Of a stretch of 64,000 bases of DNA, positions 1-11,400 are shown piece by piece (the stretch's first letter is position 1; every line of letters starts with the position of its first letter). The notes under the pieces are model-generated. The model ran no database searches and was not told where the DNA came from. It worked only from the letters and a program-made list of their open reading frames with translations. Both the position numbers and the translations under genes were made by a program. Source of the stretch: a virus; the IMG/VR virus record IMGVR_UViG_3300004369_000005, positions 28,121 to 92,120 of that record. One strand, 5' to 3'.

Positions 1-3000
1 TCAATTTCTGGAGGAGCAGTTGTGGTTCCCTCATAGACATAAAGTAATCTAAAAGCATCAGAGTATGACAAAATTTCTACTGCATTACTATCATAATCCG
101 TTCCTCTGAAAGGAATTACTCTGTCTCCAGCGGAATCTACAACAATTCTCTTTTTTCTTACAGCAGTCTTGAGTCTTGGTTTTGCATTACTGACTTCAAT
201 AGTTGCAGACAACTTAAGAATAGGAGCTGTATATGTTTGCAACTGTTCTTCTGTTAACGAAGTTGAGTTGAAATAATTTGTTGGTAGATTAAATGAAATG
301 CTACCAGAGGTTAATCCACTAGAGGTATCTGTAGAAGATCTGATTTCTACAAGATCTGGATCAATGTATACGATATCTCCTTCCGAAACTAGGTCTGCAT
401 CATTCTTTTTAAGAACGGTTACAATATAGTTGTTTTCATTGAAAGCAGTAAATCTCTGCGTACCAAATGGTAATTGTGCTGCAAACGTAATTAGACCACC
501 ACCAGCAGAACCAGATGTTACAAAGTCTCTTCTAAAGTTATATACGATCTTTGTATCTTCTGGACTGTTTACAATCTTAGAGATTGATCTACTGCCTGTT
601 GGGAACAATAACGTTCCTCCATTTGGATTTCCTAATTTAGGACGGAATCTTACAACGCTGGTTGCATTAACGTCACGATATAATGTTTCGTCAATATAGA
701 TTCTAGATTTGGCAGATCCTTTTTGCTCTGTAGCATATTGAACGATTGCTCTAATTACATTGTTTTCTGAATCGGAAAATTGAATCAAATCACCTTGCTG
801 TAATACAGAAGATGCATTGGCACTAAAGCTAGTAGATTCTAGGAACTTTGTTCCCATCTTACCAAAGAATGTAAAGGCAGTAACATCATATAACTCACCA
901 TATGCTCTGTCATCAATCAAAACATCTGCGGTGAAAGTATTGACACCACCAGAACCATAAGTTGCACCTAGTGATTTTACATTGTTTGGAGTATAAGTAA
1001 CGACTGTATTTTTGTGTAGTACGGTATCTAAAACACAAGGAGTCGTAATAGTTCCTACTGAAGTTGGAACTACCAAAGGTGGTTTTGTATACACGGTACT
1101 TACTGCTGATCGATCAAGAATATCGATTCTGTAGATAGATTCTCCTACCTGACCGAAAGTAATTTGAGTCTCATCAAATTCAACACCATCGATTTTTAGT
1201 TTAGGATCGGAATAACCAGCACCTCTCTCACTAACAATAAAGTGAGAAATAGTTCCTTCTGTAGCAATCTTTGTTAGAACACCATCCTCATCCTTTAGTG
1301 TTTCTCCTGGTAGGAATCTTCCTGAAATTGTTTTAACGAATAGTCTTCTTCCAAATGAATAGTTACCTGCCGCTGGTCCTTCGATGACGCCATATGCACC
1401 ACTAGTCAATCCAAAAATGTATTTACCAATACCATAAGATCCATCTGCTGGTTCTGTTTCTAATGTAATTTTTGTAAAGAACTGTGGGTCAAAATATGAC
1501 ATTCCAAAGATTGCATTGTATGCCTTGGATCCATTAGCAAGATTTCCCTGTGAGATAACTTTATCTAGATCGCTATTAAATCCAGTTCCTCTGCTTTTAA
1601 GATAAAAGTTACTTGGCTTTACTGTACCAATTACAGGAGTAATAGTATCGCTATAATCAACAACTCTACCATAAGTAACAGAACCACTATCTTCCTTTTC
1701 GTCACCTAGAGCGTCTGCTTGAGTTAGGAATACTTTTCTATACTTTTCACCTGAACTCTCGTCATACTCAAGGAATGTTCTTTCCAAGTCTGCCTTGTTA
1801 CCAACAACAGTAACTTCTAAATATTGAGCTGACAAATCATCAATGTTATCATTTAACGCTGGCTTGAATACCTTTGTAAAAGATACAACATCAACATAGT
1901 CAACAACGTTAGTTCCTGCTCTACTTCTTACATACCACAATTTTGCAAAGTAATTTGCACTCGATGGATTTGTAAGGTCGGATGAAACAACACCAGCAAT
2001 AGGTAAATTGTCGTTGACAGTTTTGATAGTTAGAGTTTTGATCGCTCTATTTGGATCTATAAATTTACCTCTACGTTCTAGAGAAGTTCTGTAATTTCCT
2101 TCTTCTTCATTTCCATTAGTACCAACATATCCATCATTATACATTGATGACAAATAGATTGTAGGATATGCAGTTAGTTCTGATCCTTCTTGGTTTAGTG
2201 GAACACTACCGAAGACATTAGTAATAGTATAAGTTGGGAGACCTTTTGTTTTGAGTGTTACGTTATCTGTAGTAAGACTTTCTCTTGCCTTATTAACTTC
2301 AAGATACTTAGTCTCTTTATTTACAATTTCAAAACCTCTGATGTATGCTTTACCAGGACCAATACTAGCGATCATCTTTCTAGATGCCTCGGTAGATTCT
2401 AGTCCGTTGTAAAGACCAAATTCATCTACAGCGTAAATACCATTGTTTCCATCTTTCTGGATGTAGTCTCTTACATCTACAGTAAAGTTGTCAACAACAT
2501 AATCACCACTTTCATCATATGTTCTTCTTGCAAGTGTCTGCTCGATGACACTATAATCAGCAGATGTTACTTTTCTAAGAATACTACCTTTCTTTACTGT
2601 AATTAGTTGAATAAAGTTTTTATCGGTAATAGCATCTAGAGCAAACTCTTTTAGTTTGAGAGAAATTTTTAGTCTATGAGCTCCAGGTGCTGTATAGTTT
2701 GAACTACCAATAGCATTATCATATAGAGAAGAATCTTCTTCTGGAGTAACAACTTCTTCTACAATAGTAAATCCAACTTTAGCGGATGGTTTGTCGTAAT
2801 ACTCATCAATAACTAGTAAATCTTCATCATTGCGGACAAAAAATCCATTGACAAAATAGATACCTTCTTCTACCTTAACACCAGAAGCAAATCCCATAGC
2901 AGGACTGCTAACATTAACTACATCTTTAGTGTCGGGATCTTTGACTTCGATACTAGTTGGTAGAACACTACCATCTGTTCCCACAACCATTAGTGGTGTA

Positions 3001-3485
3001 TTGACACCATCGATGACTTCCAGAGTTTCACCCTGTCTAAAAGTAGACTCAGCATTAGAGTTTCCACTGTTAATATAGTTAACATAAAGTGTATCAGCGG
3101 AAGTTTCTGTTGCTAAATTTGTTGCTAGTACGTTACCGATAACACCAGATGTTAGTCCGCGAATTTGTAGTCCCTTTAGTTGAGTAATATCATATTTTTT
3201 ATATACGATATCATCACCTTCTGAGACTGCTACCTCAGATACGGAAGATAATTTTACATAATCTAACTTTGTATTAAGACCTACCTCACCAGGAATAACT
3301 AATTCTCCCTGCTTAAATGCGTATCTACCAAAGGACTCAATCTGATTCTGAAGCAGAGATTGAATCTGGGAAAGTTCTCTACCTTGAATAGAGTATCCAG
3401 GACGGAATAGAATTTTATAAAAATTCTTATTTGCGTCGAAGTCCTCGTAATAAGGATTTACATTAAGGTTAGTCTTTTGTGGCAT
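1..3485 (-). CDS. VrlC-like / DUF4815 virion structural protein, truncated at window edge (not in ORF track)
   Basis: ATG at 3485 reads MPQKTNLNVNPYYEDFDANKNFYKILFRPGYSIQGRELSQIQSLLQNQIESFG, the typical N-terminus of cyanomyovirus VrlC-like proteins; follows gp8; appears open to the window edge. Confidence 0.8.
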   Translation of the reverse strand, partial: MPQKTNLNVNPYYEDFDANKNFYKILFRPGYSIQGRELSQIQSLLQNQIESFGRYAFKQGELVIPGEVGLNTKLDYVKLSSVSEVAVSEGDDIVYKKYDITQLKGLQIRGLTSGVIGNVLATNLATETSADTLYVNYINSGNSNAESTFRQGETLEVIDGVNTPLMVVGTDGSVLPTSIEVKDPDTKDVVNVSSPAMGFASGVKVEEGIYFVNGFFVRNDEDLLVIDEYYDKPSAKVGFTIVEEVVTPEEDSSLYDNAIGSSNYTAPGAHRLKISLKLKEFALDAITDKNFIQLITVKKGSILRKVTSADYSVIEQTLARRTYDESGDYVVDNFTVDVRDYIQKDGNNGIYAVDEFGLYNGLESTEASRKMIASIGPGKAYIRGFEIVNKETKYLEVNKARESLTTDNVTLKTKGLPTYTITNVFGSVPLNQEGSELTAYPTIYLSSMYNDGYVGTNGNEEEGNYRTSLERRGKFIDPNRAIKTLTIKTVNDNLPIAGVVSSDLTNPSSANYFAKLWYVRSRAGTNVVDYVDVVSFTKVFKPALNDNIDDLSAQYLEVTVVGNKADLERTFLEYDESSGEKYRKVFLTQADALGDEKEDSGSVTYGRVVDYSDTITPVIGTVKPSNFYLKSRGTGFNSDLDKVISQGNLANGSKAYNAIFGMSYFDPQFFTKITLETEPADGSYGIGKYIFGLTSGAYGVIEGPAAGNYSFGRRLFVKTISGRFLPGETLKDEDGVLTKIATEGTISHFIVSERGAGYSDPKLKIDGVEFDETQITFGQVGESIYRIDILDRSAVSTVYTKPPLVVPTSVGTITTPCVLDTVLHKNTVVTYTPNNVKSLGATYGSGGVNTFTADVLIDDRAYGELYDVTAFTFFGKMGTKFLESTSFSANASSVLQQGDLIQFSDSENNVIRAIVQYATEQKGSAKSRIYIDETLYRDVNATSVVRFRPKLGNPNGGTLLFPTGSRSISKIVNSPEDTKIVYNFRRDFVTSGSAGGGLITFAAQLPFGTQRFTAFNENNYIVTVLKKNDADLVSEGDIVYIDPDLVEIRSSTDTSSGLTSGSISFNLPTNYFNSTSLTEEQLQTYTAPILKLSATIEVSNAKPRLKTAVRKKRIVVDSAGDRVIPFRGTDYDSNAVEILSYSDAFRLLYVYEGTTTAPPEI

Positions 3486-3519
3486 TGTACTCCGCCAAAT
3501 ACTAGCATCTTGTCCCTAG

Positions 3520-3526
3520 TATTTAG
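3520..3526 (-). promoter_or_regulatory. T4-type late promoter (CTAAATA)
   Basis: TATTTAG on the + strand about 35 nt upstream of the VrlC-like ATG. Confidence 0.55.
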
Positions 3527-3533
3527 TAGAGAT

Positions 3534-3561
3534 AAAAAAAATCCCCCGCTTTCGCGAGGGA
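3534..3561 (-). terminator. Rho-independent terminator after gp8
   Basis: Minus strand TCCCTCGC-GAAA-GCGGGGGA followed by T8. Confidence 0.85.
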
Positions 3562-3582
3562 CTTAATAATCTGATTTTTAAA

Positions 3583-5433
3583 TCAGAACTCGATAACGAG
3601 TTTGATGTCTTCAATCTGGTCTGGAGCACGAGTGATTAGACGACGGTTCTCAACGTAGATTACATCACCTGAGTTGTTTTCAATTTCAGGAGTAGCAAGA
3701 CCTGCGTTGAATGTCTTACCTAGAAGTTCGGTTCCGTTAGCAAGTGTGGTCTCAACATCACCTGAAGCAGCAGATGTGTCACCAGTGATTGCGTTAGCAG
3801 AAGATTCGAATGCTCTTACAACACCAGAATCTAGGTGAGCTTCTACAGTTTGGATGTACTTGAGAACACCTTCACCAGCGATGTCATTACCGTTGCCATC
3901 TTTGTCAAGAGTCCAAGAAACAACTGTACCGTATGCAGTACCACCAGTTACAGTCTGCTGAATTCTTTCGTCAACGATGTAGTCAGCATCTGCACCAGTG
4001 ATCTTGACTGCCTTGAGACCTGAAGCGGTGTCTGCAGTTAGGAATGCAGTTGAACCCCACTGGAGAGGATCCTTAAGAATACCGATTCTACGGAAGTCGT
4101 TGTCAACTGGGAAGTCGCCTGAACCCTCATCATAGGTGAGACGGATGTTAGTCATCACGCGCTTACCATTGAGTTCTACTTCGTGGTCTGAACCATGACC
4201 GCCTTGAGGAGGCATAACTGCCTTAAGTGAACCGTAAGCAGTGTTAGGTACGGTAGCAGTAGAAGATAGACCAGAGTTGGTGAATACGAAACCTTGCTTT
4301 AGGAGAATATTACCGTAGGTGTAACCTGAACCACGAGCAAACATTTCAGCAGAGGTGATTGCACCAGCAGCACTAGTGGTGAATCTTACGATAGCACCTG
4401 AACCATCACCCTGAACTTCTGTGTAGAGAGTGGCGCTTGCAGGTAGATCATCGCCAGCATCTTCGATTAGAACTACATCGAGAGCACCATCAACTGCGAG
4501 AGCTTCTACAGCAACTCTAGAAGGATTGGTTGTTTCAACGATTGGCATGAAGTCCGATGAAAGGAACTTGATAACATCATCGGTGGGGATGGTATACATG
4601 TGCTTCCAGAGGTAGTTGCCACTTGGAGCACTCCAGATACCAGTTGAACCATCGTAGTTTGCACCATCAGTAGTTCTGGGTTGCTCTGCCTCTAGAACAT
4701 CAACACCAGTTGGGCTTGAAGGAGTCTCACCATTATAGAGACACTTGAATACTTCATAGTCAGAGTTCATTACATAGAACTTAGCGTCTGCAATCGAAGT
4801 AACAGATGATGAAGATACACCAGAGATACCTGTCTGACCGTTGCCAGATGCAGAGTAGTTAGGCTTCCACATGTCAAATCTTGGGTTGACAGAGGTGCTC
4901 CAGTTGTAGCGACGAATAACTGTTCTTGCGTGCTGAGAATCAATTTTCTTAGCAGCAATAATCTCATCATAGAGAGAAAGCTTCTCAGTCTGGTTATCCA
5001 GAGGAGCAGGAGGATTGTCCTCAGTGCCGTAACGATAAACGCCAGTTTGTGCTCCTACGCTAGTGGAGATAGTTGAACCACCGTCTGCTGTTTCTCTGAT
5101 GTCGGAACCTAAGGCAGGTGCAGAGTTAACTCCGCTTGAACCAAAAATGTCGGTAAGAAGAAGAGCGTTATCATAGATACCTGCAATAGTGGCACGGAAT
5201 GCAGTACCAGTGTAATCACCAGCGGAAGTTCCTACAAAAATTTCTCTGCCAACCGTAAAGTTGTTCTGGAGCTTCGAGTGAATCTCTAAGTATGCATACC
5301 ATCCTTGTGGGCGTCCCACAAAGAAATACATTCGAGAGCCGTCGCCAGCGGGATCGGCATCACTTTCTTGAAGTGATTCTAGGAATTGACTCGCATTAAA
5401 AATGCGAAACTTATCAGAGATAATAGCAGTCAT
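3583..5433 (-). CDS. gp8: baseplate wedge subunit gp8
   Basis: MTAIISDKFRIFNASQFLESL...YFFVGRPQ; FYVMNSDYEVFKCLYNG; YLWKHMYTI; C-terminal YVENRRLITRAPDQIEDIKLVIEF; synteny gp6-gp7-gp8. Confidence 0.9.
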   Translation of the reverse strand: MTAIISDKFRIFNASQFLESLQESDADPAGDGSRMYFFVGRPQGWYAYLEIHSKLQNNFTVGREIFVGTSAGDYTGTAFRATIAGIYDNALLLTDIFGSSGVNSAPALGSDIRETADGGSTISTSVGAQTGVYRYGTEDNPPAPLDNQTEKLSLYDEIIAAKKIDSQHARTVIRRYNWSTSVNPRFDMWKPNYSASGNGQTGISGVSSSSVTSIADAKFYVMNSDYEVFKCLYNGETPSSPTGVDVLEAEQPRTTDGANYDGSTGIWSAPSGNYLWKHMYTIPTDDVIKFLSSDFMPIVETTNPSRVAVEALAVDGALDVVLIEDAGDDLPASATLYTEVQGDGSGAIVRFTTSAAGAITSAEMFARGSGYTYGNILLKQGFVFTNSGLSSTATVPNTAYGSLKAVMPPQGGHGSDHEVELNGKRVMTNIRLTYDEGSGDFPVDNDFRRIGILKDPLQWGSTAFLTADTASGLKAVKITGADADYIVDERIQQTVTGGTAYGTVVSWTLDKDGNGNDIAGEGVLKYIQTVEAHLDSGVVRAFESSANAITGDTSAASGDVETTLANGTELLGKTFNAGLATPEIENNSGDVIYVENRRLITRAPDQIEDIKLVIEF

Positions 5434-5471
5434 GGTTGTTCTTCCGACGTTGTGATTAATTGTGCCAAAGT

Positions 5472-5496
5472 TATTTATATTTATACGATTATTTAG
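5472..5496 (-). promoter_or_regulatory. cluster of T4 late promoters upstream of gp8
   Basis: Two overlapping TATAAATA (5472-5479, 5478-5485) and one CTAAATA (5490-5496) on the minus strand. Confidence 0.7.
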
Positions 5497-8400
5497 TCAA
5501 CCTCAATATTAATCATTTCATCACCTGCGGAGATGGTTGTTGGTCCACTGTAGACGGTACATCCATCGAAGGTTGTTCCAGTCTTACTCGTATATTGGAT
5601 AATGGATCCTCCGCTTGTAAAGAGGTAACCAGAATCCAGGAAGTATTTAGTAGGTTCAGCACCTGGGTCTCCACTGTTATTAACTGAAATTGTTCCGCTG
5701 ATGAGACCATTCTGTGAAGTAATTGCAATTGCATTTTGAATGGATGGATTAGCAAGATTGAAGTAGTCACCGTTGATTGTGTAACTGGAGTTCGGACGAT
5801 CTTCAAAGTCCGCAAGAGTCATTTGTGGGAACAATGCGGAGAATCTTTCAATAGAAACTCCAGATGCATTCGCGGAACCATCGTCATATCCAACATAATT
5901 CCAGTTTCTTAGGGTAGGTCCAGCATTACCTGTGGTATAGTTACCTAGGTAATCTCCAGAACCAGAAGAACCAAATAGTTGGTTGATAACATCAATCAGA
6001 TCTCCGTCTCTTGTTAGGACATCATGATCGTCAGTAATATCTACAAAACCGCCATCTCTGGTTGGAACTGGGTCGCTGAGGAAGATCGATTCGACGAATC
6101 CATCAACAACACCAGATCCAGGATGGATTCTGAGTAGTTCTGTTGGACCATTGTGTACGACTTCATGATGAATGCTAATATGATGTAACTCTTCAACATG
6201 ATTGACTGTTGTTCTGACAACAGAATCAGCGAAGATTCCAGTCTCTTGTGGGCGGGTTGTGATTGCGTTTGCTTCGATAGAAGACGCGGAAACAGAAGAG
6301 ATTGTTGGAGCAAGACTGGAGCGAATCTGCTTATGGGAGACCTTCCAATCTGCCAATCTAACTGCAGATTTCTTGATATCAACTTTGATTTCAATGTTGT
6401 CGCGGGTGAGAGATTCGAACCTTGCTTCAGAGTTGATTGCACCCGCACCTGCGGCACCACCAGACTCAGTAACGATATTTGCCTGTACCGTAGCAATAAC
6501 GGTAGGTCTAACCTGAGACTTGATGATAGTCTTGGCAATCTTCCAGTCAACGATCTGTACGGCATCTTTCTTGATGTCCGCCTTGATTTCAGTTGCACCA
6601 ACACTGAGGGAGTTAAAGGAAGCAATCGAATCCTTAGGAGCAATGCTGAGAGCATCACTAATAATAGAGATATGTGAAGTAGATGTAACAGTAGGAGCGA
6701 CCTGTGCCTTGACGATTGTCTGTGTGACTTTCCAATCAACCAGATTGATATCCGCTTTCTGGATCTCAAGTCTGTCTGGTTGCTTAATAGCATACATCTC
6801 ACCAAAGGAAGCAATAGAATCCTTAGGAGCAATACTAAGTGCCTCACTGATAATATCAATTCTATTGGTGGAGGTGATAGAAGGTCCAACCTGAGACTTG
6901 ATAATAGTCTTAGCAATCTTCCAGTCAACGATCTGTACGGCATCTTTCTTGATGTCTCTCTTAACAAGAGTTTCTTTACGGGCAAGAGTTTCAATAGCAG
7001 AGAACGAATCTCTAGGTGCAATACTGGTTGCGATTGCCTCAGTAACTGATGTACTGGTGAAGACAATAGAAGGTCTGAGAGTTGCCTTGACAATAGTCTG
7101 CTCGACTCTCCAATCATATAGATTGATATTTGCCTTCTGAATCTCAAGTCTATCAGGTTGTGTATAATGTGTAAGACTGTCGATAGAGACAAATGTCTCA
7201 GAAGGACGTGTTGTGATTGCTTCAGTGGAAGCGAGGAATGTTGTATTGGTGGAGACAATGGAAGGTGTAACTTGCTCCTTAATGATTGTTTGAGTAACTT
7301 TCCAGTCAACAATCTGAATTGCTTCCTTCTTGATATCTCTCTTAACAAGAGTTTCTTTCCAGGCAAGAGTTTCGATAGCAGAGAACGAATCTCTAGGAGC
7401 AATACTGATTGCATCACTGATGATGCTAATCTGTGAAGTGGAAGATACAGTAGGTCTGACAGTTGCCTTAGCATAGATCTGAGTGATCTTAACGTCAGGA
7501 ACAACTGCTTCCTTCTTAATATCTTGCTCGATAAGAGTCTCTTTCCATGCAAGACTATCGAGTTTCTCAAATGAAGCGTATGGTTTGACAGTGACAGATT
7601 CGGAGAATACGTTGAGTAGAGTAACCTCTGTCGTGATTGCCTTGTGAGCGGCAGCTGTGACAACTGTCTGAGTTACTACAGGGGCAGGGAAGAAGATGTT
7701 CTGTCTCTGCAGTTCACCGCGAATAATTGTTCTGTCAAAATCAAGCGTTGAGAATAGTCCGATGACTTTTCTAGCGCCAACGTCAGTCTTACGCTGAGTC
7801 TTAGCAGTGACATAAGATAGAGAGTCAATTGCTTGGACTGATTGAATCTGAGCGGTGATAACTCTTTCATTGAGAGTTGCTTTCTGCTCGACACTGACTG
7901 GTCTTGGTTCAAACCACTTAGCAAATTCGTTGTCTTCGTTGAACTTAACTTCAGAATCAACTTGCTTAATCTTAACAGCTGCAACAGACTGAATAGCAGC
8001 AACGCCACCAGAGACAACTTCAACCTTCTTAGGAATCTGCTTGAGGAATGTTCCTGCCAACCATGGTTTAGCTGTGGTGCCATCTACTCCTCTCTGTAGA
8101 TTTAAGAATCTATCAGTGAGTTTACGGTAGTATCTGACGACCTCATCGCCAATCATTAGGTAACCGTTCGTCTCAAACTTGCTAGTATCAGCAATGTATG
8201 CAACAGTATCTGTTGCTGTCATATCTAGATCTAGGTAAGCACCAGTCTCATAGTAGTTGAAGTTTCCTAGAGAATCGTTGAAGATTCTCTTTTGTGACTG
8301 CGTGGTAAGTTTTCTTGATGTCTGAGTGATAGAAACAGACTTGACAAAGGGAGTTCTGGTAGAAGCAATAGAAACATACTCGTTCTGACCCAAGAACATA

Positions 8401-11400
8401 TCAATCAGATATGTCTGAACCTTCTTATTCTTACTATCAGTAAACTTGGTAAGAGGTTGTACTACTCTACAATCCAAGTCTTTCTTTAGATTATCATCAC
8501 CTTCTACCTGAATAATTGCCGTGAGTGACTTGAAAACTGCTCTTGGAGATTCTGCGATAATAGCAGAAGTAGAGAATGCCAGTGGAACTGGTAGACTTGC
8601 AATAGAAATTTCGGATGCAATAGTCTTGATATTTGCATCAAGTTTTGGTTGAATACCAATAGTAACAAGAGATACAGCAATATCTCTTTCAACTAAGATG
8701 TCATATCCTCTAGCAACTACTGTCTTAGGAGCAGAAGTATATCCACTACCAGGGTTGATTAGATCAACACTGAGGATGTGACCGCCAAGAGTTAGAACCT
8801 CTGCCTGTGCTCCACCACCATTGCCATCTTCAGGAATAAACTGAATGATTGGTGGTGTATAGTATTGATATGCTGTAGGTTGTGTATTAGGATTATAGTT
8901 ACGCTGGTTCCACTCTAGTCTTGCAATTCTGCCAGTGAGAACTTGGTTTCCATTTTCGTCCTCTACCGTCTCCATAATAGGAACAACACTGAGACCTGTT
9001 CCTTCGGTAGATCCGTTGTATGCTTCGACACCAACAATACCAAAAATGGAGTTATTAGATGGAATAGAATTGCTGTAATCCTTAGAGGTTACAATGCTAG
9101 GAAGTGCAGAGATCTTTCTGAAAGCAGACTCGCCATCGACTCTAATAGTATCACCACTGTTTAGTGGTAAGAAAGTCTTTCTGTAAGATCTACCTAGTTT
9201 AGTAGCATTCCACTTACCATTTCTATCCGCAAGACGGATTCTTCCTGTCTCGTCTCTAGTAATAGTTCTGTCAATTTGATTAATGATAACGTTTGTGGTA
9301 ATTGAAGCATCAGCAATAGATGCTAGTCGTACAACATATCTGTCTCCAAATGCTTCACTTGTTACGAGTTCGTGGTATTGAGAAACAATAAATCTTGCTT
9401 TAATAGTTACAATATTACCAACTTCACTGAAGATATATGGATCAATAATATCTCCTATAGGAGCATCAAAAGATGAACCATTGGATTTAGATCCAATCGC
9501 TCTATATCCAGCATATCTCTTGTCTCGCATCCAAGAGTCATATGATACATTATCATCATTCCTAGCAAGTCTATTAACTGCTTGAACTGCAAAAGCTGTT
9601 GATTTATCGAGAGTGAATGTAATATCACCTTGGATGTAATAAGTGTTTGGTGAGTAGTCGTAGATATTGAGAATCTGACCGACATCCCTACCATAAAGGA
9701 GTCTCATATCAACATCATTCTGCTCTGTGATTGGAACATTAAAGTAGATGTTAGGACCAGAGATAGTGTAACTATAACCTTCTCTCTGTAAGACACCATC
9801 GACAAAAACGAACAAGAATTCTTTCTCGTCGATCTTCTGGACTGAGCGATCCTCCATATCCAGGATTAGGAATGGACCAGATCTTACACCATCTACCAAG
9901 TTGTAATCAATTGTAAGTCTCTTATAGTTACCAACTCCAAGACCTACAACTCTTTCAACTGCAGTTGGTTCGCCAATACTCTTAGCACCAAAATCTTGAT
10001 CCCAGATAGGAGCAACATCAAATACAATCTTGTTAGGAATTACAGTTCTATCAATATAATATGCATCGCCACCTGGGTAAGTTGCGTTATACTTAGGTTG
10101 CTGTAATACGGCATTGATGGTGATAAAGAAGTCCTCATCTTCCTCAGAGTTGACTTCTGTGCCATCTTCCCAATACAGTTCGAACTCTTTGGTTTCTCCG
10201 TCAACATAATCAGGGAGCGACCTTGAAACTGATTCTTCATTGAGAATGTCAGTAACATTAGCAAATAGAGAATCTACTGAAGAAATGACATCAGCACATT
10301 CACTATCTGGAAGCAGAGGATCTTCGATGATGTTATAATTTGTGTATACTCTCAGTGAAGTCCAGTTACCTTCGCTGTTTAGATTCTGTGGTGTCGCATC
10401 GACATATCCAGTTCCAAAAGCAAGGATGTCCTTAACAATTTGAATGTAAGAACTCAGTGCTGACGCCACATTAGCACATGCTGGGGTGAGAGAATCAATA
10501 GCAACGTCTGGATCTGTAACAGGAGCAATGTTGGTATAAGTTCCTGCACCCAGACTATTTCTCATTGCTAGTGTCATCTTCTCGACTAGCAAATCCCACG
10601 CAGCAATAGCTGCGGCAGTCTCTTCAACACTTCTATTAATAGATGTTAAAACTTCTCCATAAGGATATCCTGCATTGGTGTAATATAGTCTTCCAAATTC
10701 TACAACCTGCTCGGTGCCACCAAACTTAAGGTGATAAACAATTGCGTCGATGAGATATCCTAGATCTCTAGCACATTTTTCGACTGTTGTTTGGAGAGTG
10801 TAGTTATTGTAGATAGTAGCACTAACTTCTTCCTGCAAGTATGCTTTGTTTGCAGCAATTAGATTTGCAGCATCATAGAAAGTACCAGTATTAATACCAC
10901 TGAAGTAGAATGTAGCAGTATCAGATCCAGAGAATGATGGAGGAACACTGAAGGTATCTCCCTCATCAACAGTAAATGTATCGCCTGGTTCTACCGCTGC
11001 TGTGCTAGTTGGGCTAACAGCATTTCCATCAGTAATGCCATCAAAGGTTGTAGTTCCCGCAGGAGCTCCACCTCCTCCAAATCCAGAGTTAGAGAGTGCT
11101 GCTCTAGTCAGTGTAATTTGAGTCTCACTATCAATAGAAGCGATTCTAGTGCCTTCTGGGAAAGAACCACCAGAACTGATAAGCATACCAACAGCAACTT
11201 TGTTGGTGTCTGCCATCGTCAGAACTCTGGATCCTTGAATAAAGTTAACATTATTAATTACAATGTCCCAGTTCCTAATTGCCAGTTTAGAAAGATTGGT
11301 AGCATATCTAATAATATCGAGAGAAGATTCTTTATTGTCAGTAATATAATCGTAAGTATTATCTTCGTTAAAATACGATAGATAATCAACAGTCTTTACA

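Noticed and set aside
6535-7397. Near-identical DNA blocks considered as a diversity-generating retroelement TR/VR pair
   Set aside because: There is no reverse transcriptase in the window, and the copies are in-frame tandem repeats within a single gene.
6041-7663. 540-aa same-strand ORF in the +1 frame inside gp7
   Set aside because: It is an L/S/R-rich shadow of the gp7 repeats. +1-frame stops need xTA/xTG codons, which this region largely avoids, and duplication extends the open frame. Many similar shorter +1 shadows occur in the other large genes, and I saw no clear start or frameshift signal.
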